The position numbers and the translations under genes are program-made. Shown one piece after another: positions 47,791 through 57,262 of a stretch of 64,000 bases of DNA. Positions within the stretch are counted from its first letter, which is position 1; the number at the start of each line of letters is the position of its first letter. The stretch spans positions 1,580 to 65,579 of the forward strand of contig URZW01000007.1 of the NCBI GenBank assembly GCA_900552555.1, given 5' to 3'. The notes below the pieces were generated by a model, which saw only the letters and a program-made list of their open reading frames with translations, was not told the DNA's origin and did not search any database. The stretch comes from an uncultured Clostridium sp. GTDB taxonomy: Bacteria; Bacillota; Clostridia; TANB77; CAG-508.

Positions 47791-48789
47791 TTATTTTAAT
47801 TTTTCAATCTCATCATCTCTTAATCCTGTTATTTCTGATATTTCTTTTTTAGAAAGATTTTTATTTAATAATTTTTTTGCAATTTCCTTTATTCCCTCAA
47901 TTTTTCCTTCAACCTTACCCTGTTTTCTACCATTCATAAAAATCTCTCTATTTTCTTTTTGTATCATTTCAAAGACAGCCATCATCGCTACATCACCACC
48001 TTCCTTATCTAAATTTTTTAAAATTTTATTAGTTTCATTTTCACCAATTTTAATTCTAATTATTTTATTTAAAATATTTCTAAACATTTCCTTAGTTTCT
48101 ATAGGATAAGTTTGTTTATCATTATTAATTATCTCCGCTATTTTTTCCAAATAATTTACAGTATCAGTTACTGTTTTTGTTTTTTCTATTAACATTGCTT
48201 TTGTATAAAAAGATTTTGATTTCAATAATTGTTCTTCACTATATTCATTAACATCAACTATATTAAACTTTGCAAATTGAATCTCCTCAATATTATCTAA
48301 TCTTTCCTGAATATCACTTATATATGTCCCTGCATTCCATCTTCTATTACCAGTATATAATACTATCGGATATACAATAGGCAACTTATAATTTTTATGT
48401 CCATATCTTTTTCTATTAATTGCATTTTCCATTATCAAAACCTCATATTTAAGTATTCTAAACGGCATTGTATAATCAATTTTTGTTTGATGCTCTATTA
48501 AAAAGAAAATATTTTTATTTTTTAACTTATATATAATATCAGATTCTTGATTATTAAAGTTCATATCAATAAAACTACTATTATATTTTTCTAAATCTTT
48601 TTCTAATACTTGAACATTAAATATATCTTTTATTAATTTTGATACCTCTCCATTATTATTAAATATTGTTCTAAATGTTTTATCATGTTCATTATTTACT
48701 TTATTTTTAATTAGTTCATATTTCTCTGATTCTTCTCTAATATCACAATTATTATATACTTTCTCTTTTTTTATATAAGTTATATACAT
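47791..48789 (-). CDS. Rpn-family recombination-promoting nuclease / PD-(D/E)XK putative transposase
   Basis: HDKTFRTIF and IFFLIEHQTKIDYTMPFRILKYEVLI are typical of the YhgA/Rpn family. Confidence 0.75.
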   Translation of the reverse strand: MYITYIKKEKVYNNCDIREESEKYELIKNKVNNEHDKTFRTIFNNNGEVSKLIKDIFNVQVLEKDLEKYNSSFIDMNFNNQESDIIYKLKNKNIFFLIEHQTKIDYTMPFRILKYEVLIMENAINRKRYGHKNYKLPIVYPIVLYTGNRRWNAGTYISDIQERLDNIEEIQFAKFNIVDVNEYSEEQLLKSKSFYTKAMLIEKTKTVTDTVNYLEKIAEIINNDKQTYPIETKEMFRNILNKIIRIKIGENETNKILKNLDKEGGDVAMMAVFEMIQKENREIFMNGRKQGKVEGKIEGIKEIAKKLLNKNLSKKEISEITGLRDDEIEKLK

Positions 48790-48977
48790 TTTATAATTTT
48801 TATAATCTTTATATGTAAATATTTCTATACCACTTCATCTCCTTTATTATAATATGTTCGTTAAATTTTGTCAACATTTATTTTATAGTTAATTTTATAC
48901 TATTTTAATTACATCTATTCTATTATTTTCTTTTTGTATTTTACAATTTTTTCATCGCAATTTTCGACAAAAATCGC

Positions 48978-49013
48978 AAAAAAAAGTAGGACAATTCGTA
49001 CTGTCCCACTTTT
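48978..49013 (-). terminator. Terminator after rplS
   Basis: The minus strand reads AAAGTGGGACA-GTACGAAT-TGTCCTACTTTTTTTT. Confidence 0.75.
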
Positions 49014-49025
49014 CACTTTTATTAA

Positions 49026-49493
49026 TTATTCTGCTTTGTTTTCTGCTGTTTCAGCAACTGGAATTTCAACAACTTCTTCTTTAACTTCTTCAGCAGCTGG
49101 TTCTTCTGCTAAATCTTCTTTAATAGTAATTTCTCTATTTTCAATTCTAGCTCCAACCATTTCTTTAGTTTTAGCGGCTTTACCTACTCTATCTCTTAAA
49201 TAGAATAATCTAGCACGTCTTGCTTTACCTACTCTAACTAATTCAACTTTTTCAACTAATGGTGAATGGATTAAGAATGTTTTTTCAACACCAACACCGT
49301 AAGATGTTTTTCTTACTGTAAATGTTTGGTTAACTCCTCCACCTTGAACTTTAATTATAATTCCTTCGAAAACTTGGATTCTTTCTTTGTTTCCTTCTTT
49401 AATTCTAACATGTACTCTAACTGTATTACCAACTTTTAATTCTGGTATTTTATTCTTAAGTTGTTCGTGTTCTATTGATTTAATAATATCCAT
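49026..49493 (-). CDS. rplS: 50S ribosomal protein L19 with an acidic C-terminal extension
   Basis: The conserved L19 core covers the first ~115 aa. It is followed by about 40 extra residues rich in E, A and V. Confidence 0.92.
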   Translation of the reverse strand: MDIIKSIEHEQLKNKIPELKVGNTVRVHVRIKEGNKERIQVFEGIIIKVQGGGVNQTFTVRKTSYGVGVEKTFLIHSPLVEKVELVRVGKARRARLFYLRDRVGKAAKTKEMVGARIENREITIKEDLAEEPAAEEVKEEVVEIPVAETAENKAE

Positions 49494-49531
49494 TTTAGAA
49501 TTTCCTCCTTTTTCTTATTTTTGAGCGGTGC

Positions 49532-50329
49532 CTACTTTGTTTGGCACGTCATTTCTATTTTTTCTAAAATTTTCTTATCCTCATCAGATAAATCAACTTT
49601 TTCCAAAAGGTCTGGCCTTTTTTCCAAAGTTCTTTTCAAACTTTGCTCTCTTCTCCATTTGTCTATCATTTGATGGTTACCTGAGCGTAATACTTTTGGA
49701 ACTTGTTTTCCTTCAAAAATTTCTGGTCTTGTATATTGTGGATATTCTAAAAGTCCTTGTGAAAATGATTCTTCTGTTGTTGAACCATCTTTCAAAACTC
49801 CTTCTACATATCTACTTACAGAATCGATTAACACCATTGCTGGTAACTCTCCTCCTGTTAATACATAATCACCAATTGAAATTTCTTCGTCAACTATGCT
49901 GTCCAGTACTCTCTGGTCAATTCCTTCATAATGACCACATAGAAGAATTAAGTGTTCTTGCTTTGATAGTTCCTCTACTTTTTGTTGATCTAATTTTTTT
50001 CCTTGTGGCGACATATAGATAACTCTTGTTTTTGCTGATTTTTCAACATTTTCTATATTTTCTATTTTCTTTGAATTTGTAACATTCCTTACATCTTCAA
50101 TATTTGAAATAACAGATTTATATGCATCATAAACAACATCTGGTTGAATTACCATTCCAGCACCACCACCATAAGGAGTATCATCAACTTTTTTGTGTTT
50201 ATTTTTTGAAAAATCTCTAATATTTATTAAATTAACATTTATTAGTCCTTTTTCTTTTGCTCTTCCAATAATGCTCTCATTTAAAATATTGAACATTTCT
50301 GGAAAAAGTGTTAAAACATCAAATTGCAT
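49532..50329 (-). CDS. trmD: tRNA (guanine37-N1)-methyltransferase
   Basis: Begins MQFDVLTLFPEMF and contains YGGGAGMV. A roughly 25-aa insert (SNIEDVRNVTNSKKIENIENVEKSA) is present. Confidence 0.92.
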   Translation of the reverse strand: MQFDVLTLFPEMFNILNESIIGRAKEKGLINVNLINIRDFSKNKHKKVDDTPYGGGAGMVIQPDVVYDAYKSVISNIEDVRNVTNSKKIENIENVEKSAKTRVIYMSPQGKKLDQQKVEELSKQEHLILLCGHYEGIDQRVLDSIVDEEISIGDYVLTGGELPAMVLIDSVSRYVEGVLKDGSTTEESFSQGLLEYPQYTRPEIFEGKQVPKVLRSGNHQMIDKWRREQSLKRTLEKRPDLLEKVDLSDEDKKILEKIEMTCQTK

Positions 50330-50371
50330 TTAATTTATACCCCCATAACGACGCTAAACAGCAGTTATTTT

Positions 50372-50878
50372 TTAAACTAGCCCTTTAAGTAAATGTGCAA
50401 CTATCTTCTTTTCTTCTAAATTAATTTCTTTAATTACATCAGATATTGCAGGCAATAATAATTGTTTTCCAAGTTCGTCTTTTACAACATATATGTCACA
50501 ACTTCCACTATTAAAAACATCATCTAATTTACCAAGTAATTTGCCTTCATCAGAATATACATCTAATCCAATTAAATCAACAATATAATATGTACCTTTT
50601 TCAAGTTCAGGTTCATCTTGTCTATTAACTTTCAAATATGAATTACGCAACAATTCTGCATCTTCCACTCTGTCTATCCCTTTGAATTTAATTAATACCA
50701 TATCTTTATGATATTTTACTTCTTCAATTTCATATTGTTTTTTAGTTTTATTTGATTCAACATATACTTTATCTAATTTATCAAATCTAGTTATATCATC
50801 TGTAAAAGGTTTGACCTTGACCATTCCTTTTATTCCAAATGTATTAACTATTTGACCTATTTCTAAAAATTCTTGCAT
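50372..50878 (-). CDS. rimM: Ribosome maturation factor RimM
   Basis: Contains IGQIVNTFGIKGMVKVKPFTD and a PRC-barrel C-terminus. Confidence 0.9.
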   Translation of the reverse strand: MQEFLEIGQIVNTFGIKGMVKVKPFTDDITRFDKLDKVYVESNKTKKQYEIEEVKYHKDMVLIKFKGIDRVEDAELLRNSYLKVNRQDEPELEKGTYYIVDLIGLDVYSDEGKLLGKLDDVFNSGSCDIYVVKDELGKQLLLPAISDVIKEINLEEKKIVAHLLKGLV

Positions 50879-50960
50879 TAAATTATTTCCTTTTTTATAA
50901 ATTTAAATTTGGAAAAATTGTTATTTGGCTTATACCAAATGGCGATTATTTTTCAAATTT

Positions 50961-51191
50961 CTAATCAATAAATTCTACAGAAACTTTCTTATGTTCTCTA
51001 GCACCAACTGATTTTGCAACAGTTCTTATAGATTTTGCAAGTCTTCCTTGTTTACCAATTACTCTACCCATATCTTCATTTGCAACTTTTACTTCAAATA
51101 CTACAGATTTTTCATCTTGTTTTTCAGTTATTTCAACTGCATCTTTGTTATCAACAAGATTTAAAATTATAGTTTCAATAATTTCTTTCAT
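50961..51191 (-). CDS. KH-domain RNA-binding protein (YlqC-like)
   Basis: The VIGKQGRLAKSIRTV GXXG motif is present. It lies between rpsP and rimM. Confidence 0.88.
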   Translation of the reverse strand: MKEIIETIILNLVDNKDAVEITEKQDEKSVVFEVKVANEDMGRVIGKQGRLAKSIRTVAKSVGAREHKKVSVEFID

Positions 51192-51256
51192 AGCTTAATA
51201 TCCTTTCACTACGTTTCAATTTGTTATTACATTAAATTCTAATAACAATAACAAAA

Positions 51257-51493
51257 TTATTTTGCTGCATTTTCGATTAATTTTTTAACAGTATCTGTTG
51301 GTTTTGCACCATTTTTAATCCATTGTGCAACTTTTTCTTGATCTAAAACTATTGTAGATGGTTCTGTCATTGGGTTGTATGTTCCTATTTTTTCGATTAT
51401 TTTACCATCTCTTGGAAATTTAGAATCAGCAACTACTATATGATAGAAAGGAGCTTTTTTCTTTCCTTCTCTTTGTAATCTGATTTTTACCAT
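51257..51493 (-). CDS. rpsP: 30S ribosomal protein S16
   Basis: Begins [24 protein letters not shown]. Confidence 0.95.
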   Translation of the reverse strand: MVKIRLQREGKKKAPFYHIVVADSKFPRDGKIIEKIGTYNPMTEPSTIVLDQEKVAQWIKNGAKPTDTVKKLIENAAK

Positions 51494-51509
51494 TTTAATT
51501 TCACCTCCT

Positions 51510-51563
51510 GGGATTGAGGGACGTTCCTTAAAATCCCCTTTTAAAGGGATTGTGGGACAGTCC
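51510..51563 (+). repeat. REP family B singlet directly upstream of the rpsP RBS
   Basis: GGGATTGAGGGACGTTCCTTAAAATCCCCTTTTAAAGGGATTGTGGGACAGTCC. Confidence 0.85.
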
Positions 51564-51597
51564 TCTAATTTTTTATATAAACTTAAAAAGTTAATAA

Positions 51598-52947
51598 CTA
51601 TATTTTAAAATTTTTCAAAGCATTTTCATCAATACCATTCATAAATTTTTTCATTCCACCTTTACTCTTCATTTGCTTCATCATTTTTTGTGTCATTTCA
51701 TAAGATTTAATGAATTTATTTATATCTTGTACTGTTGTTCCACTACCCTTTGCAATTCTAATTCTTCTACTTGCATTTAAAAGTTTTGTATTTCTTTTTT
51801 CCTTAGAAGTCATAGAACATATAATTGCTTCAATTTTCCCAAATTCCTTGTCATCAACTTTGATATCTTTAAATTGATTCATACCAGGAATTAGTTTTAA
51901 TAATGATGAAAAAGAACCCATTTTTTTCATTTGTCTGATTTGAGCCAAATAATCATCTAAATCTAACTCACTCTTTCTCATCTTTTTTTCTAATTTTTCA
52001 GCTTCTTCTAAATCAAAAGCCTCTTCTGCTTTTTCTATAACTGCTAAAATGTCACCCATTCCTAAAATTCTTGATGCCATTCTATCTGGATGGAAAACTT
52101 CTATATCACTCATTTTCTCACCAGTTGCAGCAAATTTTATCGGCCTACCAGTAACTTTTTTAACTGAAAGTGCCGCACCACCACGAGTATCACCATCTAA
52201 CTTTGTTAGAACAATTCCATCTATTCCAACTTTTTCGTTAAATGTTTCTGCAACATTTACTGCCTCTTGACCAGTCATAGAATCTACAACTAATAGTATT
52301 TCGTGAGGTTTTACACTCTTTTTAACATTTTGTAATTCTTCCATTAACTGCTCGTCTATTTGTAAACGTCCAGCCGTATCTAGAATAATTACATCATTCA
52401 ATTTTGACATTGCCACATTTATTGCTTGTTTTGCAATATGTACAACATCTTTTGATTGTTCATTTGCATATACAGGGATATTTAATTGTGCTCCAACAAC
52501 TTGTAATTGCTTGATAGCTGCCGGTCTATAAACATCACATGCAACTAATAATGGCTTTTTACCTTGTTTTCTAAATAAATTTGCAAGTTTTCCAGATGTA
52601 GTTGTTTTACCTGAACCTTGAAGTCCAACCATCATTATTATTGTTGGTGGATTTGGTGAAAAATTGACTTTGCTTTCTGTTCCACCTAAAAGTTCAACTA
52701 ACTCATCTTTAACTATTTTTACAACTTGTTGTCCCGGAGTTAATGATTTTAAAACATCTTGCCCCAAAGCTTTTTCTTGAATATTTGATATAAATTCTTT
52801 TACGATTTTATAGTTTACATCCGCTTCTAATAATGCAAGTTTGACCTCTCTTAGCATTTCTTTTAAGTCAGAGTCTGTAATTCTTGCCTTACCTTTAAAT
52901 TTTCTTGTTATTTCTTGCAATCTAGAAGATAATCCTTCAAAAGCCAT
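51598..52947 (-). CDS. ffh: Signal recognition particle protein Ffh
   Basis: The GLQGSGKTT and DTAGR motifs and a Met-rich M domain are present. Confidence 0.95.
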   Translation of the reverse strand: MAFEGLSSRLQEITRKFKGKARITDSDLKEMLREVKLALLEADVNYKIVKEFISNIQEKALGQDVLKSLTPGQQVVKIVKDELVELLGGTESKVNFSPNPPTIIMMVGLQGSGKTTTSGKLANLFRKQGKKPLLVACDVYRPAAIKQLQVVGAQLNIPVYANEQSKDVVHIAKQAINVAMSKLNDVIILDTAGRLQIDEQLMEELQNVKKSVKPHEILLVVDSMTGQEAVNVAETFNEKVGIDGIVLTKLDGDTRGGAALSVKKVTGRPIKFAATGEKMSDIEVFHPDRMASRILGMGDILAVIEKAEEAFDLEEAEKLEKKMRKSELDLDDYLAQIRQMKKMGSFSSLLKLIPGMNQFKDIKVDDKEFGKIEAIICSMTSKEKRNTKLLNASRRIRIAKGSGTTVQDINKFIKSYEMTQKMMKQMKSKGGMKKFMNGIDENALKNFKI

Positions 52948-53038
52948 AAGTTTTTTTCATTCCTTCCTAGTTTTAATTAATTTGGAAAAGAATCATTATT
53001 TGGCTAGATACAACGCCAAATGATAATTATTTTTCAAA

Positions 53039-53386
53039 TTATACTAAACAATTTAATTCTTTTTTTACACTCTCTAAAATTTGAGCAACCTTTTTATCAG
53101 ATGAAGTTTTTTCTATTTTTGTTAGTTCTGATAGTACATGCTCTATTGTTTTTTCTTGATTCGACATCCTTTTCATAAATAACAACTTCTCTTCGTATTC
53201 GAAAAGCTTTTTCTCCCCTTTCTTTATTATGTCTCTAACAGCTTGCCTTGTTATTTGGTTGTTTTCTGCTATTTCTGATAGTGACAAGTCATTATTGTAG
53301 TAGTCATTTAAGAAGTCAAATTGTTTTTGGGTTAACAATTTTCCATATAAATCACACAATATACTTATTTCTACGTTTTTTTCCAT
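53039..53386 (-). CDS. ylxM: YlxM/UPF0122 putative DNA-binding protein
   Basis: A sigma-70 region-4-like HTH (LSLSEIAENNQITRQAVRDIIKKG) is present. The gene lies upstream of ffh. Confidence 0.88.
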   Translation of the reverse strand: MEKNVEISILCDLYGKLLTQKQFDFLNDYYNNDLSLSEIAENNQITRQAVRDIIKKGEKKLFEYEEKLLFMKRMSNQEKTIEHVLSELTKIEKTSSDKKVAQILESVKKELNCLV

Positions 53387-53555
53387 AATAACTACCCTCT
53401 TTTTTGTAATGCTATTATACTTTACACTATTTTTGTGTATTTGTCAAGGGTTTTGCACAATTTTTTCAATATTCATTACTATATTTGTTACAATTCACAG
53501 TATAACAAAAATATATTACATTACACTTTTTTTCTGTAGATATGCTTTTTTTTAG

Positions 53556-53584
53556 TTGACAAATTATGTAAAGTACTGTACAAT
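53556..53584 (+). promoter_or_regulatory. Sigma-A type promoter
   Basis: TTGACA (53556..53561), a 17-nt spacer, then TACAAT (53579..53584). Confidence 0.6.
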
Positions 53585-53623
53585 ATGTTTATATATTTTT
53601 TGTTACCCAAAAAGTTTTTTAAT

Positions 53624-53662
53624 CTTGGAGGGTAAAACCTCCAAGCAAATAAAAGGAGGTTT
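53624..53662 (+). promoter_or_regulatory. Bistable SD / anti-SD leader
   Basis: Helix 1 is CTTGGAGG (53624..53631) paired with CCTCCAAG (53638..53645). Helix 2 is AAACCTCC (53635..53642) paired with GGAGGTTT (53655..53662), which contains the real RBS. The two helices are mutually exclusive. Confidence 0.5.
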
Positions 53663-53666
53663 CCAA

Positions 53667-54014
53667 ATGAATCTTTTACCAATAATACAAATTGCAAATT
53701 TAAACGAAAGGTATGAAAATCCAAGTACTGAAGAACGCTTAAAAAATATTCATGAAATTCCAAATATTTTTAAAAGACATTGCAAATTATGCAATTCAAA
53801 ACCAGAAAAAATTTGGAAAACAGTAAGATGGGGTTATATCATTGGAGATACCGTTAACATTTACTATTGTAAAAAGTGCTTACAAACCAAAGAAGATGTG
53901 TTATATGAAATTGATACTGATGAATCACAAATGGGTATAGCTTTTTGTGATTCACCCATAGGCATAGAAAAATTGGATTATTCCAGAAGCACACTTCCAC
54001 CAATTGATGAATAA
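53667..54014 (+). CDS. Small Cys-rich (CxxC...CxxC) zinc-ribbon-like hypothetical protein
   Basis: ATG 53667 lies behind AAGGAGG. The CKLC and CKKC pairs are present. The track start at 53556 coincides with the -35 box of the predicted promoter (53556..53584), upstream of the predicted transcription start. Confidence 0.55.
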   Translation: MNLLPIIQIANLNERYENPSTEERLKNIHEIPNIFKRHCKLCNSKPEKIWKTVRWGYIIGDTVNIYYCKKCLQTKEDVLYEIDTDESQMGIAFCDSPIGIEKLDYSRSTLPPIDE

Positions 54015-54050
54015 CTTTTTATCTAAATGCAAATTGTATAGTGTAAAATT

Positions 54051-54089
54051 AATATAGAACAATCATTTTATTTATGATTGTTCTATATT
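54051..54089. terminator. Bidirectional terminator
   Basis: AATATAGAACAATCAT-TTTATTT-ATGATTGTTCTATATT. Confidence 0.75.
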
Positions 54090-54120
54090 AATTTTAGAGT
54101 TATACCTTACAATTATAATG

Positions 54121-54882
54121 CTATTTTTCTAATTTTCTTTTTTGTACTCTATAAGTAATTTTCGCAACAAAACTACTAGGCACAAAATGACTAAAGAAAA
54201 TACCCAACTTTACATCAAAACCAGGTACAATATAAAATTTTCCCTTAAGCAATTCCTTTATTGCAAAATTAGCCACACTATAACTATTAGCCTCTCTCAT
54301 ATGAAACCTAACATTTGCAACATTATTAAAATTAGTATTTACTGGACCTGGACATAAAATACTAATTTGAACATTAGACTTTTCCTTTTTTAATTCTTCT
54401 CTAATAGATTCCGAAAGTCTTACAACATACGCCTTTGTTGAATAATAAGTTGCCATTAATGGTCCTGGCATAAAACCTGCAATTGATGCAACATTTAAAA
54501 TTTTACCACTATTTTTTGCTTTCATATCAACTAAATATAATTTTGTTAAAATATGATATGCAATAATATTTGTTTTTATCATTGTCAATTCCTTGTTTAA
54601 ATCTGTATGCGTAAAGTTTCCACAATCCCCAAAACCCGCATTATTGATTAAGATATCCACATCTTTTACACTTTTGTGCAAATCTTTACAATTCTGTTCT
54701 ATTGATAAATCCATTGATATCACTTGAGTTTCTATATCATTTTCTTTTCGCAATTCTTCTGCTAATTCATTTAATTTTAGTTCATCTCTTGCAACTAATA
54801 CTAAATTATATCCTTTTTTTGCTAATACTCTCGCCATATCTCTTCCTATTCCAGAAGATGCTCCTGTTATTAACGCTTTCAT
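54121..54882 (-). CDS. Short-chain dehydrogenase/reductase
   Basis: The TGASSGIG cofactor-binding motif and the YSTKAYV (YxxxK) motif are present. Confidence 0.9.
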   Translation of the reverse strand: MKALITGASSGIGRDMARVLAKKGYNLVLVARDELKLNELAEELRKENDIETQVISMDLSIEQNCKDLHKSVKDVDILINNAGFGDCGNFTHTDLNKELTMIKTNIIAYHILTKLYLVDMKAKNSGKILNVASIAGFMPGPLMATYYSTKAYVVRLSESIREELKKEKSNVQISILCPGPVNTNFNNVANVRFHMREANSYSVANFAIKELLKGKFYIVPGFDVKLGIFFSHFVPSSFVAKITYRVQKRKLEK

Positions 54883-54898
54883 AACCTTCCCCCATTTT

Positions 54899-55561
54899 TT
54901 ATACTATATTCAAAATCTCATTCATTGATTCTATCTTATAATCAGGTTCCATAAGAACTGTTTCTTTTTTCTTCCATTTGTTATCTATTTTTTGCTCATA
55001 CCAAACAGTTTTTACACCTAGTATCTTTACCCCTAACAAATCTTCTAATAATTCATCACTAACAAAAACAATATTATTATACTCTTCTTTTGGAATATCT
55101 TCAAAAGCCTTCATATACACTTTCAAATTATGTTTTCTTTCTTTAACCTCTTCAGAAATAACTATTTTATTAAAATATTTTTTTATTCCTTCACGTTCCA
55201 AAATATATTCTACATTTCTAATTGAATTGTTACTTATAATTCCCAAATAATATCCTTGTTCATATAATTTAATAATTGTATCTTTTGTTTCTTCATCTAA
55301 AATATGAGATTCCAATAATAACATATCAATTTTTTCTAAATCTTCTTCAGATATATTCAAAATTAATGATAAATCTTTATAAATTTCTTTTTCTGTAACT
55401 TTTCCTAGAGAATTTAAAATTTGATAATTTTTCCATTTTCTAAATATATCATCCCATTTTAAATTATATTTTACTAATATTGAATTGATTTCACTATCAA
55501 CATTTTTAAATTTATTAATCAAAGTATATCCCCAGTCAAAAAAAATATATTTATATTTCAT
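54899..55561 (-). CDS. HAD-superfamily hydrolase
   Basis: Motif I-like FFDWGYTL, then IISNN and VSDE, occur in the expected order. Confidence 0.7.
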   Translation of the reverse strand: MKYKYIFFDWGYTLINKFKNVDSEINSILVKYNLKWDDIFRKWKNYQILNSLGKVTEKEIYKDLSLILNISEEDLEKIDMLLLESHILDEETKDTIIKLYEQGYYLGIISNNSIRNVEYILEREGIKKYFNKIVISEEVKERKHNLKVYMKAFEDIPKEEYNNIVFVSDELLEDLLGVKILGVKTVWYEQKIDNKWKKKETVLMEPDYKIESMNEILNIV

Positions 55562-55793
55562 AATTATTATCCTCTCTTTTAACCAAATTATAATAAACCA
55601 TAACTATATATTAATCGTTTTTCAAAAAAAATAACAATAATAGTACTGTCTCAATTGACTTTATTATATCAAAAATATTGTTCCTAAACAATAAACTTTA
55701 TAAAATATTGTTTTATCGACCTCAGTAAGCCAATTAAAAACAGACTATAAAATGTATCTATATTACATCTTATAGTCCTTTTTATTAAATAAT

Positions 55794-56339
55794 CTATTTT
55801 TTACTAAATTTATTTAAAACAATACCAACTTTATGCACAATTTCAGTAGACTTTTTATTAGCAATATCCTTGCCAAAAGCCTTACCACTAACTGTAAAAG
55901 CTGACACTAAAGCACTCAAAACAAACTGAATATTAAAAGGCAAATTCATTTGAGTTGAAATCTTTATAGAAATCAATGCACTTATAGAACCACTTAATAC
56001 ACCACAAATATCACCAATAACGTCTGCACAAATATTTGCAACCTTTGGGGCATTTTTGATTAATTTAATTGAATCTTTTGAACCTTTTACTTTTTTGGTT
56101 GCTTTTGCATGAAATTCCTCTTCATTAGCAACTGTAACCGCTACACCTATAATATCAAAAAATATTCCTAAAAATACTACTAATACCAATATTAAAAGTG
56201 CAGGTATCAAGCTTAAATTTGATACTCCATTTGTTGATACATATGCAAATATCATTGATAAAATAAATGTCATTATAAATGATTGTATAACCCATTTCAT
56301 ATTCGAGTGTTCCTTTTTACTTTCTTGATTCTTTTTCAT
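55794..56339 (-). CDS. Small multi-pass membrane protein (candidate OapA-like partner of the upstream ncRNA)
   Basis: The 181-aa product has about 4 hydrophobic segments and an AGAGGGA RBS. It lies immediately downstream of, and co-oriented with, the large ncRNA candidate. Confidence 0.6.
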   Translation of the reverse strand: MKKNQESKKEHSNMKWVIQSFIMTFILSMIFAYVSTNGVSNLSLIPALLILVLVVFLGIFFDIIGVAVTVANEEEFHAKATKKVKGSKDSIKLIKNAPKVANICADVIGDICGVLSGSISALISIKISTQMNLPFNIQFVLSALVSAFTVSGKAFGKDIANKKSTEIVHKVGIVLNKFSKK

Positions 56340-56471
56340 TAATTATTTTTCCCTCTTTCTTGCTATTTATTAATTATTTTATGCTTATCATATATTCACA
56401 TACGGAAGACCCTATGCATCATTTTTTCTAAAATATTAATATATGATAAGTCCCAAATAAAAACTATAAAT

Positions 56472-57092
56472 ATAAAATTAAAACAAGCACTAAGGCTTGC
56501 CATTAATTTCTAAATTAAAATATAGATGGTAAAAATCTAAGTAAATTTTACGGTTTAGGTCTGGTTGAATTTCTCTACTTCCCGCTTAGCATTACTGCTA
56601 GAACCGTTTCCGTTTAAGGGAACCAGCTAAATTTATTTTAGCCACCAGATCGCCACTCAAATCCGTACCTTAATCCCCAGATTTTCAAGCTTTTGATAAA
56701 GCAAACATTCTAGAAGTTTTCCTTGACATACTTTTGCAAACTTACTAGTCTTTTTTGCAAGTATAATTTCATAATCCAGAATAAAAATTATTTGGCCGAA
56801 CAATTTTCATTCCCGTCAAATTAATCCCAATACACTCACTCGAGACAGGCTACACTATGTATTTTGTGTCTTGGCACTCAACATAGGTTTAACTTAAATT
56901 TTTCTATTTAAGCCTCCGCGAAACTAGGGAATCACATATATGCCATTATATATTACCCTAACCCCTTTACTCCCTGGTTACACACAAAACTGGCATTTCG
57001 CGCACAAACAAGAAACTTCAACGATGTGCCCTTTAGTGGATTTTTAGCCCCACCCTCGTAAGTTTAAGTACGACTAGAATAATGCACCATCA
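56472..57092 (-). ncRNA. Large structured ncRNA candidate (~620 nt; OLE-like by size and context)
   Basis: It lies within a 923-bp gap without ORFs, where GC is clearly above the local background. It has its own promoter and a 3' hairpin CAAGC-CTTAGT-GCTTG plus a T-tract. Many local helices and one long-range helix are visible (TCTGGTGG...CAACCAGA). Confidence 0.6.
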
Positions 57093-57098
57093 ATTAAT

Positions 57099-57127
57099 AT
57101 TATAACTTATTTCTAGAAATATTCCAA
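57099..57127 (-). promoter_or_regulatory. Promoter of the ncRNA
   Basis: The minus strand reads TTGGAA (57127..57122), a 17-nt spacer, then TATAAT (57104..57099). Confidence 0.6.
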
Positions 57128-57262
57128 TTTCTTTTAAATCTTTTCTTTAACTTTTAATGTATTTGTAGATTATATTTTTGTTATTTATGTTGTTTTTTCT
57201 TAAATTATCTCTATAAATCTCACTTTATCTTAATTTTACGCATATTAATAATTCATATATAA

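Noticed and set aside
56472-57092. Identity of the large ncRNA as RNase P RNA, SRP RNA or a group II intron.
   Set aside because: I found no GAGGAAAGTCC-type RNase P core, no SRP domain IV motif, and no domain V-like hairpin or intron-encoded ORF. At ~620 nt it is also too long for RNase P or SRP RNA.
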